Assembly (NCBI GenBank): GCA_965248475.1
Contig: OZ252106.1
Span: 1,455,640 to 1,519,639 of the forward strand
Direction of reading: 5' to 3'
Length of the DNA stretch: 64,000 nucleotides
DNA from: Dehalococcoidia bacterium
GTDB lineage: Bacteria; Chloroflexota; Dehalococcoidia; Lucifugimonadales; G965248475
The notes below the pieces were generated by a model that worked only from the letters and a program-made list of their open reading frames with translations, was not told the DNA's origin and ran no database searches. Of this stretch, positions 48,347-58,533 are shown one piece after another. Every line of letters begins with the position of its first letter. The first letter of the stretch is position 1. A program made the position numbers and the translations under genes.

Positions 48347-49373
48347 TGGCCAACTCACCCACCGACGGTACTCCGCCAAGGCCAGTGGCCTGGGTTATCG
48401 CACGCACAATAGCAGTGGCCATGACGTGGGCCGCCACGGCGCCCAGCCGTGTGGCCAGTCCCCGGTCCGCCTCACCCTGCCACGTACCGGTGGCAAGGGC
48501 GAACACCAGGTCCCCATCACCCATGGTATGGCTGGGCCGTATGGCTAGAGCCAGCCCATCCTGACCCCGCTCGGCCAGCTTGTTGACCTGGGCCTTGGTC
48601 AGCGGGGCGTTGGTGGCCACAACACCAATGGTGGTATTCTCACGGCCAACCTCGGCAGGGACGTCGCCACTCGCTTGAACACGAGCCTGCGCCCGCTGCC
48701 GGGAGAAGCCCGGCTGCATCATTAAATCCACCGTGCTGTGGAACCCCTGTCCCTCTTCGCGTCGTGGCCCGGCCACGGTGCGTCCCGTACCAGGGTCAAC
48801 CACGTCACCGGCAGCGTTCACCGCCACCAGGGCTGCTACCACAAGGCCATCGCCCAGGTCTATGCTAGCTGTTCCCAGGCCGCCTTTGACGGCACGACCC
48901 ATTCCCAGCACCTTGGCTACCGTTGCACCCGTACCGGCGCCCACGCTGCCTTCAACCACGCCGTCATCCGAGGCGTTCATGCACGCCTGGTGGCCCTCCT
49001 CCGGGCCCGGCCGCACCTTGGAGCTAACGAACCCCAGGTCATACAGGATCGCCCCCGGGACTATGGGTACTACCACATCACCCATCCGAAACCCGATGCC
49101 CCGCTCCTCAAGGTAGCGCATGACGCCGGAGGCGGCATCCAGACCATATGCGCTGCCGCCGCTCAGGAGTATCGCGTGCACCTGCTCCACCATGTTTCCG
49201 GGATGCAGAAGGTCCGTCTCCCGTGTACCAGGCGCAGACCCGCGCACATCCACCCCGCCAACGGTCGCCTCCGGGCACAGGAGCACGGTGCACCCGGTGG
49301 CGTGCTCCACGTCAGTGTAGTGGCCCACTTGGATACCGGGTACGTCGGTTATGGCGCCGGTTTTACTAGTCAT
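48339..49373 (-). CDS. S58 (DmpA/BapA, P1) family aminopeptidase
   Basis: AITDVPGIQVGHYTD..GCTVLLC and the self-processing region ENTTIGVVATNAPL. The ORF track extends to 49418. Confidence 0.85.
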   Translation of the reverse strand: MTSKTGAITDVPGIQVGHYTDVEHATGCTVLLCPEATVGGVDVRGSAPGTRETDLLHPGNMVEQVHAILLSGGSAYGLDAASGVMRYLEERGIGFRMGDVVVPIVPGAILYDLGFVSSKVRPGPEEGHQACMNASDDGVVEGSVGAGTGATVAKVLGMGRAVKGGLGTASIDLGDGLVVAALVAVNAAGDVVDPGTGRTVAGPRREEGQGFHSTVDLMMQPGFSRQRAQARVQASGDVPAEVGRENTTIGVVATNAPLTKAQVNKLAERGQDGLALAIRPSHTMGDGDLVFALATGTWQGEADRGLATRLGAVAAHVMATAIVRAITQATGLGGVPSVGELANG

Positions 49374-49574
49374 TTGCACAAAATGGGCACAAAAAGACGC
49401 CATCCTGGGCCCGCCCAAGAAGGCGCTTCTCCAATGCGTACCTTATTTTCGCCGTCTCGGTCCACATGAGATCCCAGCGGCTGCTGCTATCTACCGGGTT
49501 CCTGCTCGCCCCCTTCCGGTGAGCGGCAAGATCATGTTACCAGCGCGGCTACCCACAGTCAACGCAAAACTCAG

Positions 49575-49595
49575 GTCCCGACATGTCGGGACACC
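49575..49595. repeat. 18-nt perfect palindrome GTCCCGACA|TGTCGGGAC (+ACC), copy of the 4811-4831 element
   Basis: Read directly. It differs from the 4811-4831 copy only at the central position. Confidence 0.85.
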
Positions 49596-49758
49596 CATGG
49601 ACTTCATCCGTACTGTCGATGAGTGGTTGCGCTTAAGCAACAGCGGTATGAAGGAGTCCAGACAGCGCTGTATGCTTCTAATGCCAACTCCCAACCAATC
49701 GACCCCTACAGACAACCAGTATAGGGTAATTCTATAGCAGGGATAGAAGCCACCCCTC

Positions 49759-49788
49759 TTGACTTATACCTGGCCCCATCCATACACT
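49759..49788 (+). promoter_or_regulatory. candidate promoter for aceB-aceA
   Basis: TTGACT-18 nt-TACACT. This would give a 5' UTR of about 240 nt. Confidence 0.3.
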
Positions 49789-50036
49789 ATCACCGTACTT
49801 TTTCGGCACAACCAGGAGAGACCACGTCGAATATCGGCCCACTGTCTCACCTCACCGTGCCCACGTACGACTGGCTAGACAGGCCATGAGAGTTCGGGGT
49901 CTGTGTACCATCACCGGAACAGCTTCACTATTGGTCAATGGCATTGCTCTGCATGCCCTGAGCCAGTGACTCCCCACCAGCGGACTACTAGACGGCTGAG
50001 ACAGCAGTAGCTTTAGAAGGTATAAGGCATTAAGGA

Positions 50037-51611
50037 ATGGAACCCGGCATTCAGGTCCTTGGCAAGATAACTCCAGAATTCGGCGAGATTTTGACGCCCG
50101 ATGCGCTGGCCTTTGTGGCCGGCCTTGCCAGGGAGTTCGAACCCACGCGTAGGTCCCTCATGAAGGCACGAGTGACCCGACAGGCTGAGATTGATGCTGG
50201 CCACATGCCGGACTTCCTCGCAGACACTCGTGGCATCCGTGAAATGGAGTGGCAGGTAGGCCAGGCACCCAAGGACCTGCTGGACCGGCGGGTGGAGCTC
50301 ACCGGCCCCAGCGCAGACCCTCGAATGGTCATCAACGCTCTCAACTCCGGCGCTCAGGTTTACATGACCGATTTTGAGGACGCTCATTCGCCCCACTGGA
50401 GCCGGACCATTCAGGGCCAGATCAACATCAGGGATGCGTCCAATGGAACTATCCAGCACGTGACTTCCGAGGGCAGGGAGTACAAGCTAAACGAGGAAAC
50501 CTCCACTCTGGTGGTGCGTCCCAGGGGATGGCACCTTCCTGAGCGGCACCTGTTGATAGACGGGCAGCCCATTGCGGCCAGCCTTTTCGACTTCGGCCTG
50601 TCCTTCTTCCACAACGCACGCTCCTTGATGGAGCGAGGTACCGGCCCCTACTTCTACCTGCCCAAGCTGCAGTCGCACCTGGAAGCCCGCCTCTGGAACG
50701 ACGTGTTCAACTACTCCCAGGACGGGCTGGACATTCCACGCGGCACCATCAAGACCACCGTCCTCATCGAGCACATCCTGGCCTCCTTCGAGATGGAGGA
50801 GATGCTGTACGAGCTGCGGGACCACATTACAGGCCTCAACCTGGGCCGGTGGGACTACATCTTCAGCTTCATTAAGACATTCTGCAAATACGACAGCATG
50901 GTCTTCCCGGACCGTGCCCAGGTCAATATGGCCACCCACTTCCTCACATCCGTCGCTGAGGCCTTGGTCCAAGCGTGCCACAAGCGCGGCGCCCATGCCA
51001 TGGGAGGAATGTCCACCTACATTCCGCGCAGGGACGACCCTGACGCTAACGAACTGGCTCTGGGCCAGGTACGAAGGGACAAGGAGCGCGAAGGCAGCCA
51101 GGGGTTCGATGGAGCCTGGGTAGCCCACCCCGGCCTGGTGCCCATAGTGCAGGAGGTGTTCGAAGGCTCTTTCCAGGGCATCAATCAGCTCTCCCACATG
51201 CCTGAGGTCAAGATCACTGCCTCCGATCTGCTGGAGGTCCCACAGGGTGAGATTACCGAGGCAGGGCTGCGGGGCAATATCAGCGTAACGCTCGACTATC
51301 TGGATCAATGGGTAGGGGGCAGTGGTGCCGTGGCCATCAATGGCATCATGGAGGACACTGCCACCGCGGAGATATCCCGCTCCCAGCTTTGGCAGTGGAT
51401 TTGGACCAACTCTCGCCTCTCCGACAACCGTATGATAAGCCAGTCCCTGTATATGGAGCTGCGTGCCGATGAGCTTTCTAAGCTGGCTGAGGGGCGTGAC
51501 TCAGAGAACATCGGCAACCTGGACAAGGCCACTGAGCTTCTGGATGAGCTGATAAGCAATCCCAACTACATAGACTTTCTCACGATACCTGGAAACCGGT
51601 ACCTGGAATGA
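50037..51611 (+). CDS. aceB: malate synthase A
   Basis: 524 aa with ..TDFEDAHSP.W, typical malate synthase A blocks. Followed by aceA. Confidence 0.93.
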   Translation: MEPGIQVLGKITPEFGEILTPDALAFVAGLAREFEPTRRSLMKARVTRQAEIDAGHMPDFLADTRGIREMEWQVGQAPKDLLDRRVELTGPSADPRMVINALNSGAQVYMTDFEDAHSPHWSRTIQGQINIRDASNGTIQHVTSEGREYKLNEETSTLVVRPRGWHLPERHLLIDGQPIAASLFDFGLSFFHNARSLMERGTGPYFYLPKLQSHLEARLWNDVFNYSQDGLDIPRGTIKTTVLIEHILASFEMEEMLYELRDHITGLNLGRWDYIFSFIKTFCKYDSMVFPDRAQVNMATHFLTSVAEALVQACHKRGAHAMGGMSTYIPRRDDPDANELALGQVRRDKEREGSQGFDGAWVAHPGLVPIVQEVFEGSFQGINQLSHMPEVKITASDLLEVPQGEITEAGLRGNISVTLDYLDQWVGGSGAVAINGIMEDTATAEISRSQLWQWIWTNSRLSDNRMISQSLYMELRADELSKLAEGRDSENIGNLDKATELLDELISNPNYIDFLTIPGNRYLE

Positions 51612-51649
51612 CGTCATCAAGTTCTATAGGCACGATCTAAGGAGGACAC

Positions 51650-52939
51650 ATGAGCACGAACGGGCATAACCCTAACGGTCAGGTGGCGGAGTTAGAGCGA
51701 AGCTGGGCCGCAGACCCTCGCTGGGCGGGGATCAAGCGCGACTACACAGCCAGTGACGTAGTAAAGCTCCGGGGCAGTCTCAGGGTAGAACACACAATCG
51801 CCAAAGTGGGCGCTGAGCGGCTATGGGACATGCTGACTACGGACCCGTACCTCACCACCTTCGGCGCGCTCAACGGGTCGCAGGCGGTACAGATGGTCAA
51901 GGCCGGCCTCAAGGCCATCTACATGAGCGGCTGGCAGGTAGCGGCCGATGGCAACCTGGCCGGTAGCACCTACCCCGACCAGAGCCTCTACCCATCCAAC
52001 AGCGTTCCAGCCCTGGTCAAAAGGCTCAACAACGCGCTGATGCGGGCCGACCAGATCCAGACGCTGGATGGCGATGGTGATGTCTACTGGTACGCCCCAA
52101 TCCTGGCCGACGCCGAAGCAGGGTTCGGCGGCGCCATCCATGCATTTGAGCTGATGAAGAACATGATCGAGGCCGGCGCCTCCGGTGTCCATTTCGAGGA
52201 CCAGTTGGCAGCTGAGAAGAAGTGCGGCCACATGGGCGGCAAGGTCCTGGTGCCCACGGCCCAGTTCCTCCGCACCCTCAACGCCGCTCGCCTCGCCGCC
52301 GACGTCCAGGGAGTGCCCACGCTTCTGGTAGCCCGCACCGATGCCTTGGACGCACCGCTGATCACATCCGACATTGACCCCAGGGATGCCGAATTCCTGA
52401 CAGGTGAGCGCACGGCTGAGGGGTACTTCAACGTACATGGTGGAATGGAGTCCATCATCGCTAGGGGCCTCTCGTACTCGCCATACGCCGACATGCTCTG
52501 GTATGAGACATCCCACCCGGACCTGGAGGAGGCACGCGTTTTCGCGGAAGCCATCCACGCCCAGTTCCCCGGCAAGTTGCTCATGTACAACTGCTCACCC
52601 TCCTTCAACTGGAAACAGGCCATGGACGACGACACCATCGCCCGGTTCCGGACCGAGTTGGCCAGCATGGGGTACAAGTTCCAGTTCATAACACTGGCCG
52701 GGTGGCACATGATGAACCTGAACGCCTTTGAGCTGGCCGGGGAGTTCTTGGAGGAAGGTATGCCCGCATACGTCCGCCTTCAGGAGCGTGAGTTTGCCAA
52801 CGAGAGCCTGGGCTACACAGCCACCAAGCACCAGCAAGAGGTCGGCGCTGGCTACTTCGATGAGATTATGCTGAGCATCTCCGGAGGTCAGGCCGCAACG
52901 ACAGCGCTGGCAGGCTCCACCGAGGAGCGGCAGTTCTGA
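51650..52939 (+). CDS. aceA: isocitrate lyase
   Basis: Signature [13 protein letters not shown]; 429 aa. Confidence 0.95.
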   Translation: MSTNGHNPNGQVAELERSWAADPRWAGIKRDYTASDVVKLRGSLRVEHTIAKVGAERLWDMLTTDPYLTTFGALNGSQAVQMVKAGLKAIYMSGWQVAADGNLAGSTYPDQSLYPSNSVPALVKRLNNALMRADQIQTLDGDGDVYWYAPILADAEAGFGGAIHAFELMKNMIEAGASGVHFEDQLAAEKKCGHMGGKVLVPTAQFLRTLNAARLAADVQGVPTLLVARTDALDAPLITSDIDPRDAEFLTGERTAEGYFNVHGGMESIIARGLSYSPYADMLWYETSHPDLEEARVFAEAIHAQFPGKLLMYNCSPSFNWKQAMDDDTIARFRTELASMGYKFQFITLAGWHMMNLNAFELAGEFLEEGMPAYVRLQEREFANESLGYTATKHQQEVGAGYFDEIMLSISGGQAATTALAGSTEERQF

Positions 52940-52968
52940 TAGAGCCCACCCTCTGACAGACGTAACGT

Positions 52969-53008
52969 AAAAAGGAGTCGCCTGCTCTTCAGCAGGCGAC
53001 TCCTTTTC
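52969..53008. terminator. bidirectional rho-independent terminator between aceA and the HEAT-repeat gene
   Basis: AAAAAGGAGTCGCCTGCT-CTTC-AGCAGGCGACTCCTTTT, with an A-tract on one side and a T-tract on the other. Confidence 0.75.
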
Positions 53009-53030
53009 TCTAATGGTTCCTAACTCGGAC

Positions 53031-53954
53031 CTAGCCCTGAACCTTGAAGCCCAACGGGTCTTCCTCCACCTCCAGCTCCTCCAATGCCGCTTGGGCCGCC
53101 TCCTGAATCAATTCATCCTCGGAGCGGACGCACTTCTGCAGCGCCCGTTTGGCCAGGTACCCTCCAATAGCTCCCAGCGCCTGGATGGACGATAGCTGGA
53201 CCTGAAGATCTTCGTCCTGGACCAGTACGATCAGGTGGGGCACCGCATCCTCCTCGCCCAACTCGCCGCAAGCCACGGCAGCCTCATACCGGATGGCAGG
53301 ATCTACGTCATCAGTGGCCTCCAGCAGCGTACTCAGCCAGTCTGGGTCGCAGGTCTTGCCCATGGCATACAGGGCACTGGTGCGTACGTTGAGCCCTGCA
53401 CTATCGTAGGCTTCGCTGATGAGCTCACTGATACGCGGAGTGTTGAACGCCGCTGCAGCCTCTAGCGACCGGCGGCGCACATCGGTAGAAGCCTCGTCAC
53501 CCTCCAACACCTCCAGCAACAACTCCTTGATCCGCTCACCATACCGGGAAAGGAGCTTGCCGCCCTGGGCCAGCGCCCCGAACTTACCAAGCACGGTGGC
53601 AGCAGCGGCTCGCACCTGCTCAGATGGATCCGTTTTCAGCAGGTCCATCAGAGGCGCCACAAGGTTGCGGTCATCACACTCCCACAAACCGATAACAGCG
53701 CGTTCTCGCACAAGATAGTCCGCATCTTCCAGGCAGTAGCGGAGTATGCTGTTGAAGTCCATCTCAGCGTTGTCTTCAGCCACCATTACAAGCTGCTCCA
53801 CCAGGCCTCTCCGTGTATCGTCAGGTATGTCCGGCCACCACTTCCTGAACTCCTCCAGCTCCTCGTCCACTAGTCCTGACAGTTCCATAAGGTCAGCGTA
53901 AACTATGGGCCCCTCGCTGTGGGCCAGTTCCTGAAGATACTGTTCAAGAGACAT
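53031..53954 (-). CDS. HEAT-repeat protein
   Basis: Repeated ..D.D..VR..A..ALG.. units (PBS-lyase/HEAT-like). Start at the internal Met (MSLEQYL..). Confidence 0.7.
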   Translation of the reverse strand: MSLEQYLQELAHSEGPIVYADLMELSGLVDEELEEFRKWWPDIPDDTRRGLVEQLVMVAEDNAEMDFNSILRYCLEDADYLVRERAVIGLWECDDRNLVAPLMDLLKTDPSEQVRAAAATVLGKFGALAQGGKLLSRYGERIKELLLEVLEGDEASTDVRRRSLEAAAAFNTPRISELISEAYDSAGLNVRTSALYAMGKTCDPDWLSTLLEATDDVDPAIRYEAAVACGELGEEDAVPHLIVLVQDEDLQVQLSSIQALGAIGGYLAKRALQKCVRSEDELIQEAAQAALEELEVEEDPLGFKVQG

Positions 53955-54293
53955 AACGACCTTGCTTACTCCCCAGCTGGCACGGAGATACTCCTCTGGA
54001 CAGGGCCGGACACTTGAGCCGCCAAACCGGCCACGCGGCCTGACTGCCGACACCAGCCAATAAAGACACAGCTAGCTCTTTGAATTGTGGCTTTGGGCAG
54101 TTCTGTGATCCGGTACCGCATTACACAGCCATTAACGAGGACTGAAGGGACATCCTAAAGTATATCATTCCACTTTAGCGGACTTACACCCCTGGCACAG
54201 CGACCTCCCGAAATCTAACGAGGCGGTCTATACTGTGGCGACTTCAGGCACTCTCATAAGTTACCAGCCCAGCCCATTGGTCGCAACGGGAAA

Positions 54294-55007
54294 ATGTCCA
54301 CATCTGACGCAATAATTCCTCCAACCGCAACGTTGAGTCCACGGGAGGTGCTGCAACGCTTGGACGTGGAGTACGGCCCGTTGACCTGGGATCAGCGCAA
54401 AGAGCCGGTGCCGGAGCTGGTAGTCACTATCCTCTCTCAGCATACCTCAGACCTGAATGCGGAACGGGCTTTCCAACAGCTAATGGAAACGTTCGGGTCG
54501 CTGGAAGCCGTGGCCCGCGCCGACGAAGAGGAGATCGCCAATAGCATACGCAGAGGAGGGTTGGCCCGCATCAAAGCGCCCCGGATCAAGGCGGTACTCA
54601 ATCAGATACTGGAGTCGAGAGGTGGGTTTGACCTGGACTTTCTGCGGGCCCTACCCTTGAATGAGGCCAAAGCCTGGCTCATGGCGCTCCCAGGGGTAGG
54701 TCCCAAGACTGCCGCCGTGGTACTACTTTTCGCCTTGGACATGCCGGCAATGCCGGTGGATACCCATGTGCACCGGGTGACCCGAAGGCTGGGTTTCATA
54801 GGTGAAACAACCTCTGCGAATGCCGCACACGACCTGCTAGAGGCCATGGTCTCCCCCAAAGACGTTTACCCGCTCCACGTGTACCTAATCACACACGGGC
54901 GGCGTGTGTGCAAGGCCCAGCGCCCGCTGTGTGAGTCCTGTGCACTGCTGGACGGCTGCCCTGAAGGACGTACAAGGCTGGGAATCGCGACGTCGTCAAC
55001 CGCATAA
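54294..55007 (+). CDS. nth: endonuclease III (HhH-GPD, 4Fe-4S)
   Basis: HhH LPGVGPKTAAVVLLF, VDTHVHRV, and C-terminal Cx6Cx2Cx5C (CKAQRPLCESCALLDGC). Confidence 0.88.
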   Translation: MSTSDAIIPPTATLSPREVLQRLDVEYGPLTWDQRKEPVPELVVTILSQHTSDLNAERAFQQLMETFGSLEAVARADEEEIANSIRRGGLARIKAPRIKAVLNQILESRGGFDLDFLRALPLNEAKAWLMALPGVGPKTAAVVLLFALDMPAMPVDTHVHRVTRRLGFIGETTSANAAHDLLEAMVSPKDVYPLHVYLITHGRRVCKAQRPLCESCALLDGCPEGRTRLGIATSSTA

Positions 55008-55096
55008 AGCACCGCTGGGAAGGCGAGCAGGCCACCCGGTCTGTACCCACGTTGTTGCCCCTGATATACTCTAGCTACACCTGTCAGGAGTTACGA

Positions 55097-56128
55097 ATGA
55101 AGGTCGGAATCATCAATGTCACGGGCTATGCCGGTGCGGAGTTGGTCCGTTTTCTATGGCACCACCCGGACGCGGAGGTGGTATCCGTCACCGGTAGGAG
55201 TGCCGCCGGTAAACGACTGCCGGAAGTCCTGCCTTACCTGTGGGACATTGATCTACCCATAACCGAGTCCATCGAAGGGTCCGTGGACGTGGCCTTTTCC
55301 GCCCTACCCAGCGGCGCAAGCGCTGCCGCTCTGGCACCCCTGGTGAACGATGGCGTCAAGGGCATAGACATAGCCGCCGACTTCCGAATCCACGATGCGG
55401 ATGTCTTCAACCGGGCCTACAGCGTTGAGCACCCGGCACCCCACCTTCTGGAGAAGGCCGTGTACGGTCTCCCAGAGATCCACCGGGAGGCCATAAAGGG
55501 CACCACCCTGGTGGCCAACCCAGGCTGCTTCCCGGAGGCGGCCATCCTTGCCCTGGCTCCTGCCGTCCGGGCGGGACTCGTCGCCGACGACATCATCGTG
55601 GACGCCAAGTCAGGTATATCCGGTGCCGGAAGAGGTGGGCTGACCAGCAGCACGCAGGACCAGTTCGCGGAGGCCAATGAAAACGCGCTTGCATACGGCC
55701 TGGATGGTCACGGCCACCAGCCGGAGATCGCCCAGGAGCTAGCGGAACTTAGAGAGGCGGCGGTGGCTGCCAGAGTAACATTCGTACCCCACCGCATTCC
55801 AATGACACGCGGCATTCTGGCTACCTGCTACGCCACCATCCTGGACCCTGGAGCCACCAAAGAGAGCATCCGGGAGATGTACCGCGATTTCTACAGCGAC
55901 GAGCCATTTGTCAGGGTCACGGACCTGCCCCCGCAGACCAAGCACACCACAGGCACAAATATGTGCCTGGTATACCCCTCCGTGGATACACATACCGGAC
56001 GCCTGGTGGTGGTAAGCTGCATCGATAACCTGGTCAAGGGAGCCGCCGGTCAGGCCATCCAGAACATGAACCTGATGTTCGGCATGCCCGAAACGGCCGG
56101 ACTTGAGGGCTTGCCGCTGTATCCCTGA
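55097..56128 (+). CDS. argC: N-acetyl-gamma-glutamyl-phosphate reductase
   Basis: MKVGIINVTGYAGAELVR and active-site region LVANPGCFPEA. Confidence 0.92.
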   Translation: MKVGIINVTGYAGAELVRFLWHHPDAEVVSVTGRSAAGKRLPEVLPYLWDIDLPITESIEGSVDVAFSALPSGASAAALAPLVNDGVKGIDIAADFRIHDADVFNRAYSVEHPAPHLLEKAVYGLPEIHREAIKGTTLVANPGCFPEAAILALAPAVRAGLVADDIIVDAKSGISGAGRGGLTSSTQDQFAEANENALAYGLDGHGHQPEIAQELAELREAAVAARVTFVPHRIPMTRGILATCYATILDPGATKESIREMYRDFYSDEPFVRVTDLPPQTKHTTGTNMCLVYPSVDTHTGRLVVVSCIDNLVKGAAGQAIQNMNLMFGMPETAGLEGLPLYP

Positions 56129-56178
56129 TACCACCGAGTAGCGGCCGTACGCACGGCGGCAGACTCGACACCCTCTAC

Positions 56179-56255
56179 GCCCCCATCGTCTAGCGGCCTA
56201 GGACGCCACCCTTTCAAGGTGGAGATCAGGGGTTCGAATCCCCTTGGGGGCACCA
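56179..56255 (+). tRNA. tRNA-Glu (anticodon TTC), CCA encoded
   Basis: GCCCCCA..TGGGGGC-A-CCA. Anticodon arm CCACC-CTTTCAA-GGTGG. T-loop TTCGAAT. Confidence 0.92.
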
Positions 56256-56709
56256 AAGTGCCGTTTCACGATGGCACTGATGTGGGAATGTTCCCCTTTA
56301 TCGACCTCATGGCCCACTTGAGCTTCTAAGGATTTGCCTGCTCAGAGAGGCAACGATCTGAATGGATGATACGGAGAGGCGAGCCCTTCAGAAATTCAGC
56401 CCCGACCCGGACTCCATTAAGAAGTGCCTATGGGGGTAGCCCGAGCCGGGGCGTCGTCCCGGAGGTCACCTTTAGTATCCTTCAAAACGGGCCCGCTTGA
56501 ACTACCATTTCTGGTAGTCCTTGCCCGCCAGTGACCCTGGATGCACGTGAATCGCATTGCCTGTGTATCAAATTGATAGCGCAGCCACCTTGTCCCTGCA
56601 CTATCATATTCTCACGGCGGGCCCCGCATGACGTGTAGGAGGCATGGCGTCTTTCCGGGAGCGGCGGCCCTCGAACTTCACCGGCCACTGAACGCCAAAA
56701 AGGAGCACC

Positions 56710-57147
56710 ATGACAGACGGTCCAACCATAGAGGTCAGCGGCGGCTGGCAAGGCGGCATGAAGTTCACCTTTGAGGACGGCTACGGACATAACCTGACCG
56801 TTGACGCACCTGAAGAGGACGGCGATCCATTTGACGGGTTCATGCCCGCCTATATGCTAATGGCCTCCCTGGCCGCCTGCGCCGGAATAGACATAGCCAA
56901 CATCCTTAGAAAGCAGCGCCAGGAGCTCTCTTCACTGGATATCAGGGTAAGGGGTGTCCAGGACCCAGACCCACCCTGGGCCTTCAACAGAGTCCACCTT
57001 CAGTACGACTTGAGAGGCGCCAAACTGGATGACCGCGCAGTCCAGCGGGCCATTGATCTTTCCGAGAATAGGTACTGCTCCATCGGCGCGACCATCAGTG
57101 GAAAAGTCGCCATCACCAGCAGCTACACCATCACACTGGAAGGGTAA
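56710..57147 (+). CDS. OsmC-family protein
   Basis: 145 aa with ..LMASLAACAGIDIANILRK.. and ..SENRYCSIGATI.. (the two conserved Cys). Confidence 0.85.
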   Translation: MTDGPTIEVSGGWQGGMKFTFEDGYGHNLTVDAPEEDGDPFDGFMPAYMLMASLAACAGIDIANILRKQRQELSSLDIRVRGVQDPDPPWAFNRVHLQYDLRGAKLDDRAVQRAIDLSENRYCSIGATISGKVAITSSYTITLEG

Positions 57148-57318
57148 TGCCCGCTTAACCGGGCGAATCTGAACGCAGATATCGGTGTAGAATGTTGATG
57201 GCTATCAGCCTTCTAACCCACCAACCGGTTACAGACCATTTCTCTGACGAGGAACGCCGTGGCGTAACAATCTGAAGGTCAGTGGCGAATACGTCCCGCT
57301 GATTCAGGGCTAAAGGTT

Positions 57319-57591
57319 TTGCTAGCCCGGTTGGCAGCCCACCTTTTCAGTATTCCAACAGCATATTTGGCCTTCCCCTGGCTATTCAACTGGTACCTTA
57401 GAGCGTGGTCCGGCCGTCTATCGATGGGCGGCAGGCACGTTCGCTACACGGGATCTGGTACCAGCCTCGCGGGAGTCTGGATAAGGGTCTGGCTCCTGAG
57501 TGTGGTCACATTCACGTTATACTGGTGGCTCCGCGGTTGCGGAGCAGTCAGCCGCTACGTTGACACCCACCTTTCCTGGGCGGAAGAGTAG
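57319..57591 (+). CDS. hypothetical membrane protein, possibly a remnant of a DUF898-like gene
   Basis: TTG-start ORF with two TM segments. Upstream frames contain short related-looking pieces. Weak call. Confidence 0.3.
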   Translation: MLARLAAHLFSIPTAYLAFPWLFNWYLRAWSGRLSMGGRHVRYTGSGTSLAGVWIRVWLLSVVTFTLYWWLRGCGAVSRYVDTHLSWAEE

Positions 57592-57621
57592 CGGGCGGCA
57601 CCCATACCCTCTGGAGATAGC

Positions 57622-58500
57622 ATGACAGACCGGGCCACAGACAGACAGGTTCAACTCAACGGCCTCTCCTTCCACTACCGCGACTGGGGCGGCACGGGCC
57701 AACCGTTAGTGCTGCTCCACGGCCTGGCCTCCAACTCCCACATCTGGGACCTTGTAGCCCCGGCACTCACAGACCGATTCTCCGTAACCGCCCTCGACCA
57801 ACGCGGTCATGGAAAGAGCGCCAAACCGGAAGACGGCTACGACTTCGATTCCGTCTGCAGTGACCTGGCCGCCTTTCTGGACCACCTGGGCGCGTCTCAG
57901 CCCATTATCATGGGCCACTCCTGGGGAGCTAACGTAGCATTGGAACTGGGTGCCTCTCATCCGGACGCGGTAGCCGGACTGGTCTTCGTAGACGGCGGTT
58001 TCATCAGCCCTAGGAGCGGCTCCAACGCTAGTTGGGAGGAGGTGCGGGAGCGCATGGCGCCGCCGGACCTGACCAGCTTCACAATGGATGAGCTGGTCGA
58101 GCGCGCCAGGGAGATGCGATGGGTCAACATGTCACGACCCGAGACGGAGACGGTTCTTCGCAATTCATTTGACACACAACCCGACGGGACCATCCGGCCA
58201 CGTTTGAGCCGGGACAACCACATGAAGATAGTGCGCGCCCTGTGGGACCGCATGCCTAGCGACCTCTTCACCAGCGTCCAGGCCCCGGTCCTGGTCATGC
58301 CGACACGCATAGAGAGTGAGGAGCCGCGCCAAGCTGGGGGCTACTCCAAAGAGGAGCAGGTAGCCCAGGCGGAGTCGATGTTGCCACGGGTACTCACAGT
58401 ATGGCTGGAAGATTCCATCCATGATGTCCCCCTTCAACACCCTGAGCTGGTAGCCGATACCTTTCTCCAAGCCTATGACGACGGTTTCTTCAGCCCGTAG
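57622..58500 (+). CDS. alpha/beta hydrolase
   Basis: HGLASNSHIW (oxyanion region) and nucleophile elbow GHSWG. Confidence 0.85.
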   Translation: MTDRATDRQVQLNGLSFHYRDWGGTGQPLVLLHGLASNSHIWDLVAPALTDRFSVTALDQRGHGKSAKPEDGYDFDSVCSDLAAFLDHLGASQPIIMGHSWGANVALELGASHPDAVAGLVFVDGGFISPRSGSNASWEEVRERMAPPDLTSFTMDELVERAREMRWVNMSRPETETVLRNSFDTQPDGTIRPRLSRDNHMKIVRALWDRMPSDLFTSVQAPVLVMPTRIESEEPRQAGGYSKEEQVAQAESMLPRVLTVWLEDSIHDVPLQHPELVADTFLQAYDDGFFSP

Positions 58501-58533
58501 GAGAGTGCCCGTCCCGCACGAGGTCCAGTAGAG

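Noticed and set aside
47588-49469. ORFs 47588-48337, 47856-48548 and 48738-49469 on the plus strand
   Set aside because: Antisense to the DUF2520 and S58 peptidase genes. Low-complexity Arg/Pro/Ala-rich translations.
50487-51308. 273-aa ORF on the minus strand; likewise 51821-52558 and 52084-52710
   Set aside because: Antisense to aceB and aceA. No family resemblance.
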